A stretch of 63,896 nucleotides of DNA, filler included, from Octopus bimaculoides (taxonomy: Eukaryota), in the NCBI RefSeq assembly GCF_001194135.2. It is 5 parts of 5 records of this genome, joined end to end, with 100 filler letters (N's around TTAATTAATTAA, not from the genome) between each part and the next. Parts side by side here need not be neighbours in the genome. Positions count along the whole stretch, not along the records: positions 43,942 to 60,449 come from NC_068982.1; positions 60,550 to 62,240 come from NW_026396946.1; 3 more parts are not named here. One strand, written 5' to 3'. The number at the start of each line of letters is the position of its first letter. Positions within the stretch are counted from its first letter, which is position 1. Shown here one piece after another: positions 48,027-61,314 of this stretch. Position numbers and translations under genes: made by a program. The notes under the pieces are model-generated. The model was not told the DNA's origin, searched no databases, and saw nothing but the letters and a program-made list of their open reading frames with translations.

Positions 48027-48990
48027 TATATAGCAATGAGAAAATAGAGGAGAATATGCGGTACCCATTGACTTGCAGACAATGTATTCCGTTGATTAAT
48101 CTGTTTATTTTATAACTAAACTGACAAAAAACACAATATACATACCATGACATACATACTTATGACATACCATGTCATATTAACAATTAAGATTTCAAAT
48201 ATAAAGGACTCCCTTCTCCAATGGCCAAATGTCCTTTATATTTGAAATCTTAATTGTTAATATGACATTGTATGTCATAAGTGTCTGTATATTGTGTTTT
48301 TTGTCATTTTAGTTATAAAATAAACAGATTAATCAACGGAATACATTGTCTGCAAGCCAATGGATACCGCATATTCTCCCCCATTTTCTCATTGCTATAT
48401 AAATTTAGGGTAAAATAACCCCCTTTCACCCGCACACACTTATTGCACTTGGTATAACACTAGTGTAACAATAATTGGGTACCCTCCCAGCAGTATATTG
48501 GATAGATACTATCCCTTAGTGGGTTGAATCCTCAACCCCTAACTCTCTTGGATTATATATATATATATAGCAATAAGAAAATGGAGGGGAATATGAGGTA
48601 CTCATCAACTTGCAGACACTGTATTCCGTTGATTAATCTGTTTATTTTATAACTAAATTGACAAAAAACACAATATACAGACACTTATGACATACCATGT
48701 CAAATCAACGATTTCAAATTTAAAGGACATTTAGCAATTGGAGAAGGGACAAAATCTTACAGCTGTTTCGGCCTAGCGTTGGCATGCCCCATTCTATCTC
48801 TATAGCTCCCATACGCTGGAGTAATTAGCAGATGAAAATGATGTAATGGGGGTACATGCATGATTCGCTAGGCCTCTTCAGAGATTTTCAAAATTCAATA
48901 CATGAATTTTGCCAAATTTTAATACAAATATAAAATAAGAATAAAAAATAAAATAAAAATATAAAAATATAAGGCACATAAAAAAAAATG
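48027..48990. mobile_element. Fold-back family E cluster: inverted segment (48027-48209), sense copy (48210-48560) and inverted copy carrying the ribozyme (48563-48990)
   Basis: Three homologous ~180-nt arms; the body is shared with 15271-15603. No ORF; TA repeats at the junctions. Confidence 0.88.
48750..48889 (-). ncRNA. Type I hammerhead ribozyme with extended stem II
   Basis: The minus strand reads AAAAUCU-CUGAAGA-GGCCUAGCG-(87 nt)-CGCUAGGCC-GAAA-C-AGCU-GUA^AGAUUUU. It has a 7-bp stem I, an intact core, a 9-bp perfect stem II base and a palindromic stem III. Predicted cleavage is between 48758 and 48757. Confidence 0.88.
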
Positions 48991-49324
48991 ATGATGATGA
49001 TGATACATATAAATATATATCTGGATAGATGGATAGATAAATGATACAAAATGGAATGAAGGAGGAGGACATATTTTATTTAAAATGACAACAATTGATC
49101 CAATAAATGTGTCGAAACAATTGTAGTGATTTTAGATAAAGAATGTCATTCATTCCATTTTCTATCATTTATCTATTTATATAAACTCTACTGATACTAT
49201 GAAATTCCTGATGTATATCCAATAGCAGGAGCTTTTCTACTGTATGATGACATCAGGTAGCCAATAAATATGGATGAGCTTTGCATAGCATTCAACAAGG
49301 TTTTTTTTACCTGAATCTTATTTA

Positions 49325-49625
49325 ACTATGGCTTAGTGGTTAGAGTGTTGCACTCACGATTGTGAGGTTGTGGTTTCAACTCCTAGACTGGGCACTGTGT
49401 TGTGTTCTTGAGCAAGACACTTCATTTCATGTTGCTCTATGATTACTTCATCATCTGACTGGTGGCACATCATGCACATGTAGTGTACAGGTGTAATGTC
49501 AATTTGATGGATCGAGTGAGCTTATGTAAACACAAACATGTGATCACAGTAAACAAATCAGCAGTCTGGTTGTCCAGCAGGAAACTGTAGAACCCTCATA
49601 TGTTGTCTAATGATGGGAGAGTCTA
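49325..49625 (+). mobile_element. tRNA-derived SINE related to family C, degenerate
   Basis: Reads tggcttagtggttagagtg...gtgttcttgagcaagacacttcatttc. Confidence 0.75.
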
Positions 49626-49634
49626 TGAAAAAAA

Positions 49635-49722
<88 letters not shown>

Positions 49723-50034
49723 TAGTATCACATTAATGACCAGATTATTGGATGCTGTTATACACCACTAGTCACAATGCGTTTCTTTGTATTGTTGTAG
49801 CTTTTAAACATTGCCATACTCTGGCCAGGTGAGCAGGCTAATGTTGCCCTTGAATAGAATGCCAGTTCATCACAGGGTTATTTTATTTATAGCCAAATGG
49901 ACTGGAGCAACATGTAATAAAGTAATATGTTGAAGAACACAATGTGCTGCTAGCCTGATAATCAAAACCATAATCTTGTCATTATGAATGCAACATTCTA
50001 CATACTGTGCACCTTTACACATACACACACACAC

Positions 50035-50250
50035 ACCCATCATCATCATCATCTCCATCAACGTTGTTTAGCATCCACTATTCCATGCTTGCGTGGGTCA
50101 GACAGAGTTTGTTCACGCTGTCAGGCAGAGTTTCTATAGCCTTATCTGTCACCAGCCCTTATCTGTTTTGCAGTAAGGTAATACTCCCTATGGCCAGATA
50201 TGCTTTCATGGAAAACTGGAAACAATGAAAACTGCATGTACGACAGTGAC
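50035..50250 (-). mobile_element. 3' part of an RTE-tailed SINE (forward copy at about 57560-57770; related at 56460-56630)
   Basis: Shares ctgacccatgcaagcatgg...(gat)n. Confidence 0.65.
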
Positions 50251-50904
50251 ATACACAGACATACATACATTCATACACACACTTAATAATGTTTGCTTAT
50301 ATCTTCATCAATATTAATAACAGTGAAATTTTGTCTGTCCCTCTGGGACCCCTGTATCTTAGTCTACATTTACCTGACATAGACATTTTAGACCTTTTTG
50401 GAATCAGGATGATCCTGGGATTGAAAATCTACTCTTCATTTTAGTTCTTGAACATCCAGCACCAAGATCTGATTTAAAAGCATTTGGGTTGCTATTTCTA
50501 GCATGTTAAGCTTGGCTGGTTCATGCCATCTTGGTTGGCATTTATCAAATGATGTCAGAGATCAAGGGGGAGATAAATGGAGATAAATGACATTCACATC
50601 GTTAATTCTACATTGAGATAAGAACTTTGGGAGTAACTGGCTAGCAGTTGGGATTCAACTTGGGACTGGAACAATAGAATAATTGCATCGCAGAATTAAT
50701 TCTCATCCATCCTTAACCTCTAATCAAACACCACCAGGACATATGGTCATTATAGTCATGCTATTTAGCTCTCTTCAGTTTTGGGTCACTCACCCAATTA
50801 GCCCTCCACAGGAGCCAACTTAAAGTCCACATGATGTGTGGCTTTTAAACTAGTTTATAATAAAAACAATTTTACATTAATCTAATGGACTACTCTATAC
50901 TTGT

Positions 50905-51290
50905 TGTTGTTGGCACTCCGTTGCTTATGACGTCGAGGGTTCCAGATGATCCGATCAATGGAACAGCCTGCTCGTGAAATTAACGTGCAAGTGGCTGAGC
51001 ACTCCACAGACACGTGTACCCTTAACGTAGTTCTTGGGGATATTCAGCGTGACACAGTGTGACAAGGCTGACCCTTTGAATTACAGGCACAACAGAAACA
51101 GGAAGTAAGAGTGAGAGAAAGTTGTAGTGAAAGAGTACAGCAGGGTTCGCCACCATCCCCTGTCGGAGCCTCATGGGGCTTTAGGTGTTTTCGCTCAATA
51201 AACACTCACAACACCCGGTCTGGGAATCGAAACCGCGATCCTATGACCGCGAGTCTGCTGCCCTAACCACTGGGCCATTGCGCCTCCACA
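50905..51290 (-). mobile_element. SINE family C, full length
   Basis: On the minus strand it starts GGAGGCGCAATGGCCCAGTGGTTAGGGCAG...GGTTTCGATTCCC and ends ACGGAGTGCCAACAACAA. Confidence 0.88.
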
Positions 51291-51610
51291 ATCTATACTT
51301 ACATAGAGTACAAATTCTTAATGCAAGAATGTTGTTGATAGTGACTTCAAAGTTTTGGCCATCTATGGTATAGTCGGACAGTCTGATGAAGGCTTACCTG
51401 GCTGAAATTTCAAATTCACTATCAACAACATTCTTGTATATACACAACAGGCTTCTTTCCATCTACCAAATCCACTCATGATGCTTTGGTCAGACTAGGG
51501 GTATAGCAGAAGAAACTTGCCCGAGCTGCCATGCAGTGGAGTTGAACTCAAGACCAAATGGTGGGAAGTGAGCTTCTTACACAAAGCCACACTTGTGATT
51601 TATATATATA

Positions 51611-51961
51611 CTCTTTTACTCTTTTTACTCTTTTACTTGTTTCAGTCTTTTGACTGCGGCCATGCTGGAGCACTGCCTTTAGTCGAGCAAATCGACCCCA
51701 GGACTTAGTCTTTAGAAGCCTAGTACTTATTCTATCGGTCACTTTTGCCGAACCGCTAAGTTACGGGGACATAAACACACCAGCATCGGTTGTCAAGCGA
51801 TGTTGGGGGGACAAACACAGACACACAAACACATACACACATACATATATATATATATGACGGGCTTCTTTCAGTTTCTGTCTACCAAATCCACTCACAA
51901 GGCTTTGGTCGGCCTGAGGCTATAGTAGAAGACACTTGCCCAAGATGCCATGCAGTGGGAC
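51611..51961 (-). mobile_element. SINE family A, nearly full length (head cut by a gap); a second head lies at about 51445-51595
   Basis: Shows the bipartite structure head - (TA/TG)n - 3' body - (GAGTAAAA)n tail. Confidence 0.92.
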
Positions 51962-52650
51962 NNNNNNNNNNNNNNNNNNNNNNNNNNNNNNNNNNNNNNN
52001 NNNNNNNNNNNNNNNNNNNNNNNNNNNNNNNNNNNNNNNNNNNNNNNNNNNNNNNNNNNNNNNNNNNNNNNNNNNNNNNNNNNNNNNNNNNNNNNNNNNN
52101 NNNNNNNNNNNNNNNNNNNNNNNNNNNNNNNNNNNNNNNNNNNNNNNNNNNNNNNNNNNNNNNNNNNNNNNNNNNNNNNNNNNNNNNNNNNNNNNNNNNN
52201 NNNNNNNNNNNNNNNNNNNNNNNNNNNNNNNNNNNNNNNNNNNNNNNNNNNNNNNNNNNNNNNNNNNNNNNNNNNNNNNNNNNNNNNNNNNNNNNNNNNN
52301 NNNNNNNNNNNNNNNNNNNNNNNNNNNNNNNNNNNNNNNNNNNNNNNNNNNNNNNNNNNNNNNNNNNNNNNNNNNNNNNNNNNNNNNNNNNNNNNNNNNN
52401 NNNNNNNNNNNNNNNNNNNNNNNNNNNNNNNNNNNNNNNNNNNNNNNNNNNNNNNNNNNNNNNNNNNNNNNNNNNNNNNNNNNNNNNNNNNNNNNNNNNN
52501 NNNNNNNNNNNNNNNNNNNNNNNNNNNNNNNNNNNNNNNNNNNNNNNNNNNNNNNNNNNNNNNNNNNNNNNNNNNNNNNNNNNNNNNNNNNNNNNNNNNN
52601 NNNNNNNNNNNGTGTGTGTATGCATATATATACTTAGATATATGTATGAA

Positions 52651-52699
<49 letters not shown>

Positions 52700-52765
52700 T
52701 ACATAAATACACACATATATAAAGTATATATACATATATATTTAATGTTTATGTCTATTTATAGA

Positions 52766-52809
<44 letters not shown>

Positions 52810-52859
52810 GACATATATATATATATATATACACGCATACATATGTATATATACATCTT

Positions 52860-52892
<33 letters not shown>

Positions 52893-55604
52893 CTATATAC
52901 ATATATTTATAAACACATATGCATACATGTATGTGTATACACATATGACACATGCATATGTGCATTTATAGGTATATATGTGTGTGTGTGTGTATTTGCA
53001 TGCATGCTTATATGAATATATATGCGTTTATGTGGAGTTTGTCCAGCAATACACATCCATCAAAGCAAGTCATGCAACCATATCTGTATACCTTCAGGTA
53101 ATAGATAAAATATATATACAAAAAAAAACAGAAAACAAAAAGCAAAACAATGAATGAAAAAAATGTCTTAAGTTTAGTTCTATGTAGATCTCTAAGAATC
53201 TTTGCCATAACAAATTTTATATAATCTCTTTCTCCTTTACCCTGCAAATTCTCAAAATCCAAATTTATAAATGAACATATCTGATGCAATACATGTAGTT
53301 TTAGGATAAATTCTCATCTGTTCAGATCAATCAAACATAAAAGGATAAGTTTTGATTAAAAACAATGAGTATTCTCTTCTGAATCTAAATTAAAATCTTG
53401 ACACCTGATTGGCTAAATCAGTGTCATATAAGAATTCTAGGATTTAAACATCCACCCATTAGACAAAAATGGCAATTTTTTTTCTCTTTCTATTTGGACT
53501 TTCCTTTATATATTACATTTGTATTATGATATACCATTTGGATTTGATTAGAGAATTTGTGTCAAATTTACATGTGAAATACTTCATTCAATTATGTACA
53601 AAGAATTCTGGTTTTGGAACCACAAAAATGAAAATAAGAAGATGCTGATGAGAATGTGTTCAAAGCAATTACACAAACTGAAAGTCTTGAGGGATTTCAA
53701 GAAATATTTTGACATACATTTGCGATATAAATTGCATCTGTATTTCTAAATTATTTATTAATCAAGATAATATTTTATATTTTATTAAAAAATGTTTTTT
53801 TCTGACATGAACAAAATAAGATTATGGGATTTTTTGTTGTTCTTTATTCTGCTATTATTTTTAGATATTGTTTTTTAACAATTTATTTTGATCATGCTTA
53901 CTTGATTAAACCACATTGATATATATCTGAATGTTTTTTGGTTGTAAACAAAAATAAGCTGATGAATAGATAAAAAAAAATTGGTCTATTATATGCAAAG
54001 GAGAAAACTTAGGTTCGGTTCCAAACAAGGACAGACAATTTTTACTACATACATCTTACATTAAGAGAAGTTGCAGTTATGATATCATAGTATTTAAACC
54101 AGCCCAAACTGGCCAAAATATTCTGCCTGTTTTATGTTCAAACCAATCAGATTGGGCCTCTCACACCTACCATACAATGTCACTAAAGAAATATACAATC
54201 ACATCATCAAAATCTCGAAGGTACAAGATAATTCCTGATTATTTCAAAACAATATCAATAAATAAGAATTATGCTAAAGAGTTGAACAAAAACAACTAAA
54301 TTTCAAACTTTGTACTTTTATTCTAAATGCTATTATTAATATGGGTTAGTGGACAGCAGAATCATTAAAGCATCCGGAAAAAAATACCTTGTAGTATTTC
54401 TCCCCACTGTGTCTTGTATTTGTGATTAATTGAGTAGAATAACTGAGTAGCTAGTTGTGAATTTTTTAGCTTTTTAATAGATCAACTAAGTTCAAGTTTG
54501 TATTTTTGAGTAATTAAACAAATAAATTTGCTTTCCATCCTTCAAGGGTTGACTGTATAAGAACCACTCGAGTATTAGACTTGATAGCCAGCTTCACCAA
54601 AATATACTTAACTTTTGCTTTGGTCATAAATGAATTGTTTTATCAAATTTGAAGAGATGGGGGGGCAGTACTGATCCAAACAATATTTGGAACTCAGAAT
54701 GCTAAATGCTCCTCAGATTGGAGTTCAGTTCTGTTTGATTTCTTAGTGATTTAACTTCACTTATATCAGTAATACCCTAGAGAACCCCCAAACCCTAACC
54801 CTAACCCCCCCCCCCCAAAAAAAAAAAACAAGATCTATCTTCTGTAAGTGCCTTTACAAGTATACTGTACCTAAGAATCTTTGGATCTTTGAACTGAAAA
54901 CCAAAAACTAAAATAAATTATGTAGTCTGTCCTTTCCCTATTATGTCACCTTTTTATCATCATTGTCATCATCATCTCCACTGCCACCATCATAATAATC
55001 AACAACAACAAATAACAAGTAGCTAATAACCCCATTACTGTTGATTTAAAGTTCAGATTTTAAGGCTATTCTCAAGACCCTTTCATAAGTTTTCCCTGGT
55101 ACATATGTATCACACACTCATTCACGGCGATGTGTTGTTTGTCTGACTGAACAATTACATAAATTTGCAAAGTGATAGATAACTGACAAAGAAATTCTAT
55201 CTTACTGTCATTATCTGTGGTGTCTGTTGTGAGGCTATAAATTAACGTACTTTATAAATGATATTGTCAATAAATTACATAGACTATAAATTATATAGTT
55301 TATCAGTCTATCTTTCTAATGATTTAATAATAGACATCACACCTACATCATTTGTACTAATACAGTAAATTACACACTAAAGTGATTGAAATTGCAAGAG
55401 ATGACAAAATCTATAAGAACAATTCGGGTTTTATTGACTTATATATATATTTTTCAAACCATATTAAATTTTGTGACAATATCACATTTTTGATTCCTAA
55501 CTAAAAACACAAGAACTCAAATGTTATTGTTTTGATCTAGACTGGTCAGGATTAAACAGAATTATGATCAAATAACATTCTAGCTATCACCATATCCATG
55601 GCTG

Positions 55605-55965
55605 TGACTGTGTGGTAAAAAGTTTGTCCTCCAGCCACATAGTTCTGGGTTCAGACCCACTGCGTGGCAACTTTGACAAGTATTTTCTACAATAGTTTCA
55701 GGGTGACCAAAATCGTGTGAATGGGTGTGGTGGATGGAAACTGAAAGAGGCCCATCGTATATGTGTGTGTGTCTGATTGTCCCCCACCTTTACTTGACAA
55801 CTGTTGCTGATGTATTTATGTCCCCATAACTTAAGGTTTCTGTTAAGGAGACTGATAGAATAAGCATCAGGATTATTTAAAAAAAGTACTGGAGTTGATT
55901 CCTGTGACTAAAATTCTTCAAGGTGATCTCCCAGTATGGCCACAATCTAATGAGTGAAACATGTA
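55605..55965 (+). mobile_element. SINE family A, degenerate full length
   Basis: Reads tgtgtggtaaaaagttt...gggttcagaccc...ggaaactgaaagaggccc...tgaaacatgtaaaa. Confidence 0.8.
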
Positions 55966-56064
55966 AAAAATAATAGGTATGTTTTTTTTTGGGGTGGGGG
56001 TGGGGGGGACAATGATGTTATCCATTATAGCATTTTCTTTCTCACCAAAACAGCAAAGTGCAGT

Positions 56065-56290
56065 TTAACCCTTTAACATTTAAATCAATTATGTCTGGTT
56101 CAAATATTCTACCTGTTTTATGTTCAAACCTACCAGATTTGGCCTCTCACACTTACCTTACAGTGTGATTCTAAAAGTAAACAATGCTATAGTTAAAATC
56201 TCAACCCTACAAGATAGTGCATGATAAATTCAAAACGATGTAGATAAATAAACATTACATTTCACAGAGTAATCTGAATGCTAAATGACT
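56065..56290 (+). mobile_element. Possible piggyBac-like MITE (related copy at about 54090-54340)
   Basis: Begins TTAA-CCCTTT. It shares aaatattct(a/g)cctgttttatgttcaaacc..cagatt(t/g)ggcctctcacac with 54120-54170. The right end is degenerate. Confidence 0.45.
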
Positions 56291-58661
56291 GAGGGGCATT
56301 TGGTTGTTATTTCTAGCAGACTGGGTGACAACCTACACATAGAGACTCTTTTGCTGGTGTTCTGAGTTCAAATTCCACCAAGGTCAACTCTGCCTTTCCT
56401 TCTTTACAGAGTTGAAAAAATAAGTACTGGCCATGCCCCGAGATCACTGCATTTGATTTATCCATCATCATCATTATTATTTAATGTCTGTTTACCATGC
56501 TGGCATGAGTTGGAAGGTTTGACAGGAACTGGAATGCCAGGGAGCTGCACCAGGCTCCATTGTCTGCTTTGGCATGGTTTCTATGGCAGGATGCCCTTCT
56601 TAAAGCCAACCAAATTACAAAGTGTCTAAACACAGACATCTTACAATTTGCCTTTGATTCTGAAGGGGAGGACTTTTGTCACCAACAAAGAAAGTAACTC
56701 TCTGAATTTTGCCCAGCCCCTTCATAAATTGCTGGCCTTGTGACAAAATTGGAAACTTTTACTGCTTAGGTATTATATTCACATTTGTGCCATATTTTGA
56801 ATGAATAAACTTTGTGAACTATTTCCTTAAACTTATTTCTGAAAGAGAAATAAAGGAACAGGGAGATGTTAAATATAAAACTACATGACTATCTAAATTA
56901 TAGTAAAGTACAGGATATAAGGACAGTCAAAATGTCAATATCTACAAGCCCATAGAACATTCCATACAGGTGTTCAATACGTTTAGTTGATGTAAGGAGT
57001 GCCGAATTTAATATTTCAAGTTCTTGTCATTGGTCTGACAGTAAGGTAAATAAAGTGGTCTTGTTTCAGCTTTAAAATACCTTAACTCTCATCTATAATA
57101 GTATTCTTTTTAAATAGGTTTCAGTGTTACGCTTACCATAATTTAAGTATGTATGGAATAAAATCAAGGACATAATCAAAATCTTTAACATAATGTAACA
57201 AGCTTGAGTGTTATGCTTTAAATAATTGTTACTATGAAGCAAAATCCAAGACATAATCAAAATATTTGATATAATAAAACAAGTTCAAATATTATATTTT
57301 CAAGAACCATAAGTATGAAATGAAAGCAGCAGCATGAAAGAACTTTTTAATGCAAATGAATCGATGTTATAAAAATCTATAAATTTATAATTTTAAGGAA
57401 TTCATCATGTGTGAGTTTGTATGAATGTGTGCATGTGTTTGGACACTGGGTGACAGTTATAAACCAATATCACTGAAAATATGTCCTGATATGGGGAATA
57501 TTAACTTGTTTAGAAACAAGAGAAGGTTGTATATCTTCTTACCTGGACATTACATGATAGTTGTAAAGAGCATCAGTCATACAAGTGGTGCCACTCATTT
57601 CCAGTCTTCCATGGAAACATGTCCAGCTGTGGGAAAATATGATATATGGTGGTAAGCAGGTTAGGGTTGGCGACAGGAAGGGCATCAGTCATAAAAAAAC
57701 CTGCCTCAATGAATTCTGTCTGACCCATGCAAGCATGGGAAAGTGAAATTTATTTAAAAGATGATGATGATTTTGGCCAGGTCAGGGCAATAAATAGTAC
57801 AGATGGTTGTGATTATTGTAATGGTATTTAGTGGTTATAGAAGTTGTTATGATGGTGATGATGAGGACAGTGGTGGTAATGGTGGTGGTGGTGGAAAGGA
57901 GGATGATGGTAAGGATGATGCTGATGCTGATGAAAAATTTCAGCCATCATTGTCATCATCATTTTCATCCTGATCAACCTCATCATCATCATCATTATCA
58001 CCAAAGTCATCAAAGCCATCATCCATGCAAATATTCACAATTTTTAATGTCTTTTTTTGTTATTTTCTCATTCTATTTTTTTTTTTATGTGTGTTTTCAC
58101 TCCAATATGTAACGGTTTTTCTTTCTTGTTTCAGAAAGGTAAAAAAAAAAAAAAAAAAAAAAAANNNNNNNNNNNNNNNNNNNNNNNNNNNNNNNNNNNN
58201 NNNNNNNNNNNNNNNNNNNNNNNNNNNNNNNNNNNNNNNNNNNNNNNNNNNNNNNNNNNNNNNNNNNNNNNNNNNNNNNNNNNNNNNNNNNNNNNNNNNN
58301 NNNNNNNNNNNNNNNNNNNNNNNNNNNNNNNNNNNNNNNNNNNNNNNNNNNNNNNNNNNNNNNNNNNNNNNNNNNNNNNNNNNNNNNNNNNNNNNNNNNN
58401 NNNNNNNNNNNNNNNNNNNNNNNNNNNNNNNNNNNNNNNNNNNNNNNNNNNNNNNNNNNNNNNNNNNNNNNNNNNNNNNNNNNNNNNNNNNNNNNNNNNN
58501 NNNNNNNNNNNNNNNNNNNNNNNNNNNNNNNNNNNNNNNNNNNNNNNNNNNNNNNNNNNNNNNNNNNNNNNNNNNNNNNNNNNNNNNNNNNNNNNNNNNN
58601 NNNNNNNNNNNNNNNNNNNNNNNNNNNNNNNNNNNNNNNNNNNNNNNNNNNNNNNNNNNNN

Positions 58662-58704
<43 letters not shown>

Positions 58705-59226
58705 ATGTATGTGTACATGTATATGTATGCATACATTTATGTGTGTGTGTGTGTGTGTATGTGTGTGTGTGTGTATACATAATTATGTATGTATGATCTT
58801 GCATATATGATTATATATATATACCCAAACATACACAGGTACATAACACACACACACTCACACACACATATGTACAGATATAAGATAATCACAAAATAAA
58901 AAATGATAAAATTCAGCAATAAAAAACGAAAGCAATAATGATACAAGTAAGAAATATAACTGATTATCAGCCAAAAGACATATATAACCATTTAATTTCT
59001 TTCTGTCTTCCTTTTTGTCTTTATTTTCTTCTTTGCATTATGTATTTATTTATTTATTCTTTTATTTTTTTATTTGGTTTCTTATTTCCAAATGTATTTC
59101 AATATTAAAAGAAATTATGGAAGAAACTCTTTAAAACCATATTTAATATACACAGTTTTTACAATAAAGAAATAAAAATTTTTTTGATGTTGTTTATCTC
59201 TCTCTGTCTTTCTCTTCCTCTCACTC

Positions 59227-59263
<37 letters not shown>

Positions 59264-60189
59264 TCAACTCTTCTCTTGATCAAAGTATGACTAAATTCAA
59301 TTCTGAAAAAATCTTGCAAATAGCTTCAGGTGTAAAAATAAATATAACAAGGCAGATTGAAATGTGAGAAAAACCAAGGTATGAAGATTAAGAACAATAA
59401 AGAAAAAAAACCCAATAAAAGCAATATAAAAAAAAAAAACTGTATAATGAAGAAGAAGAAGAAGAAGAAAAAGGAGGAGGAGAGGATGGAGAAGTAGAGT
59501 TCCGTTTCATTAAGAATTGTCATTTCATCTATTTATTATTATCGTTGAAGTTATTAATTGTGATGATAGTGGTGGTGGTGGAGATGATGATGATGATCAT
59601 CATCATCATTATCATCACTGTCATTATAATCTTTATCATCATCATCATCATCATCATCCTCATGCTGCTGTTGTTTTTGTTTTTGACACAGCTCTCTGTA
59701 TATTTATTAATCTGAGGAAATTCATTTCATGAGGGTTAGCGCAGAGAATGTCTCATGGCTAAAAACACGAATATAACCTATTCAAATGAAATGGAAAATT
59801 CTTAACAGTCTCTCCAGAAAATTATTCGCTATTAGTAATCTCCATCTCGAGGCAATGACTATGGATGCAAAGGGGAATCCGAGAAAAGTAATAATATTAA
59901 TTATAATAAAATAAAATAAAAAAAACAAGGAAAAAGAAAAAAAAAATTAAAGGAAATATGATACCAATAAAAACAATAATAATGCTGGTGGGGACGATGA
60001 TGATGGTGATAATAATAGTTTCTTTATTTGCCATAAGGGCAATAGATGACAATGATAATAATGATACTAACTCTGAGAAAATTGCTGGTAACTATTTATA
60101 GATCTTGAAGCAAAGTTCTAGACTTTTGGATGCATGGTTCAAATCTTGACCATCTAAAATGTTTCTGTATGTCTCAACAAATATTGGCA

Positions 60190-60450
60190 TATCTATCTAT
60201 CTATCTCTCACTCTCTCTATATCTCTCTCTCACTCTCTCTATATCTCTCTCTCTCTATATATATATCTCTCTCTCTCTATATCTCTCTCTCTCTCTATAT
60301 ATATCTATCTCTCTCTCTCTCTATATCTATCTCTCTCTCTCTCTATATCTATCTCTCTCTCTCTCTATATCTATCTCTCTCTCTCCCTATATCTATCTCT
60401 CTCTCTCCCTATATCTATCTCTCTCACTCACTCACTCACTCACTCACTCN
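60190..60450. repeat. Compound (TC)n/(TA)n repeat with ~20-nt periodicity
   Basis: Read directly from the sequence. Confidence 0.9.
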
Positions 60451-60789
60451 NNNNNNNNNNNNNNNNNNNNNNNNNNNNNNNNNNNNNNNNNNNTTAATTA
60501 ATTAANNNNNNNNNNNNNNNNNNNNNNNNNNNNNNNNNNNNNNNNNNNNTATATATATATATATATGTAAATAGGAACTCCATAAATACTATCTGTAATT
60601 TTGTATTGACTCGAATGGAAAAATGTGTCGCTCAAGAAGGACTTCAGTTTGAACAATTTTCGTCTCATATTTGGATGGTTATCTCAAATTCATTCAGTTG
60701 TTAGATATAAATAAATCTTGGAATTAAATGATGTTGATTTACTGTCAGGTGACTTTTGGCCAATCCTGTATATGCATATTGTGTATATA

Positions 60790-61044
60790 TTTGTGTGTAT
60801 GTCTGTGTTTGTTCACCTCCCAGCGCTTGACAACCGATGTTGGTGTGTTTATGTCCCTGTAAGTTAGTGGTTCGGCAAAATAGACCGAAAGAATAAGTAC
60901 TAGGCTTACAAAGAATAAGTCACTAACACACTTTCAGGCAGTGCTCCAGCAAGGCCACTGTCAAATGAAACAAGTAAAAGAATATATATATGTGAGTGAA
61001 TTTGGTAGATGGAAACTGAAAGAAGCCTGTCCTATATATACATA

Positions 61045-61081
<37 letters not shown>

Positions 61082-61290
61082 TTGTGTGTCTATAACTGTA
61101 CACTCCACCCTCGCTTGAAAACCGATTTGGTGTGTTTACGTACCCGTAACTTAGCGGTTCGGCAAAAGATACCGATTGAATAAGAACTAGGCTTACAAAG
61201 AATAAGTCCTGAGGTCGATCTGTTCAACTAAAGGCGGTGCTCCAGCATGGCGGCAGTCATACGACTGAAACAAGTAAAACACAAATAAAA
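60790..61290 (+). mobile_element. Two tandem SINE family A pieces (3' part 60790-60985; partial head plus 3' part 60995-61290)
   Basis: ggttcggcaaaa...gaataag..ctaggcttacaaagaataagtc occurs twice. Confidence 0.85.
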
Positions 61291-61314
61291 AAAAATGAAT
61301 AAAAAAAGTATAAC

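Noticed and set aside
53030-53100. Plus-strand exon candidate (FVQQYTSIKASHATISVYLQ|gtaata)
   Set aside because: The acceptor is weak, it sits next to microsatellite-like sequence and no homology is recognised.
54791-54806. (CCCTAA)2 telomere-like repeat
   Set aside because: Only two units, which is expected by chance.
57543-57626. Minus-strand exon candidate with strong splice sites
   Set aside because: It lies in a dispersed repeat homologous to about 50150-50250, so it is more likely coincidental or at most an exonised repeat.
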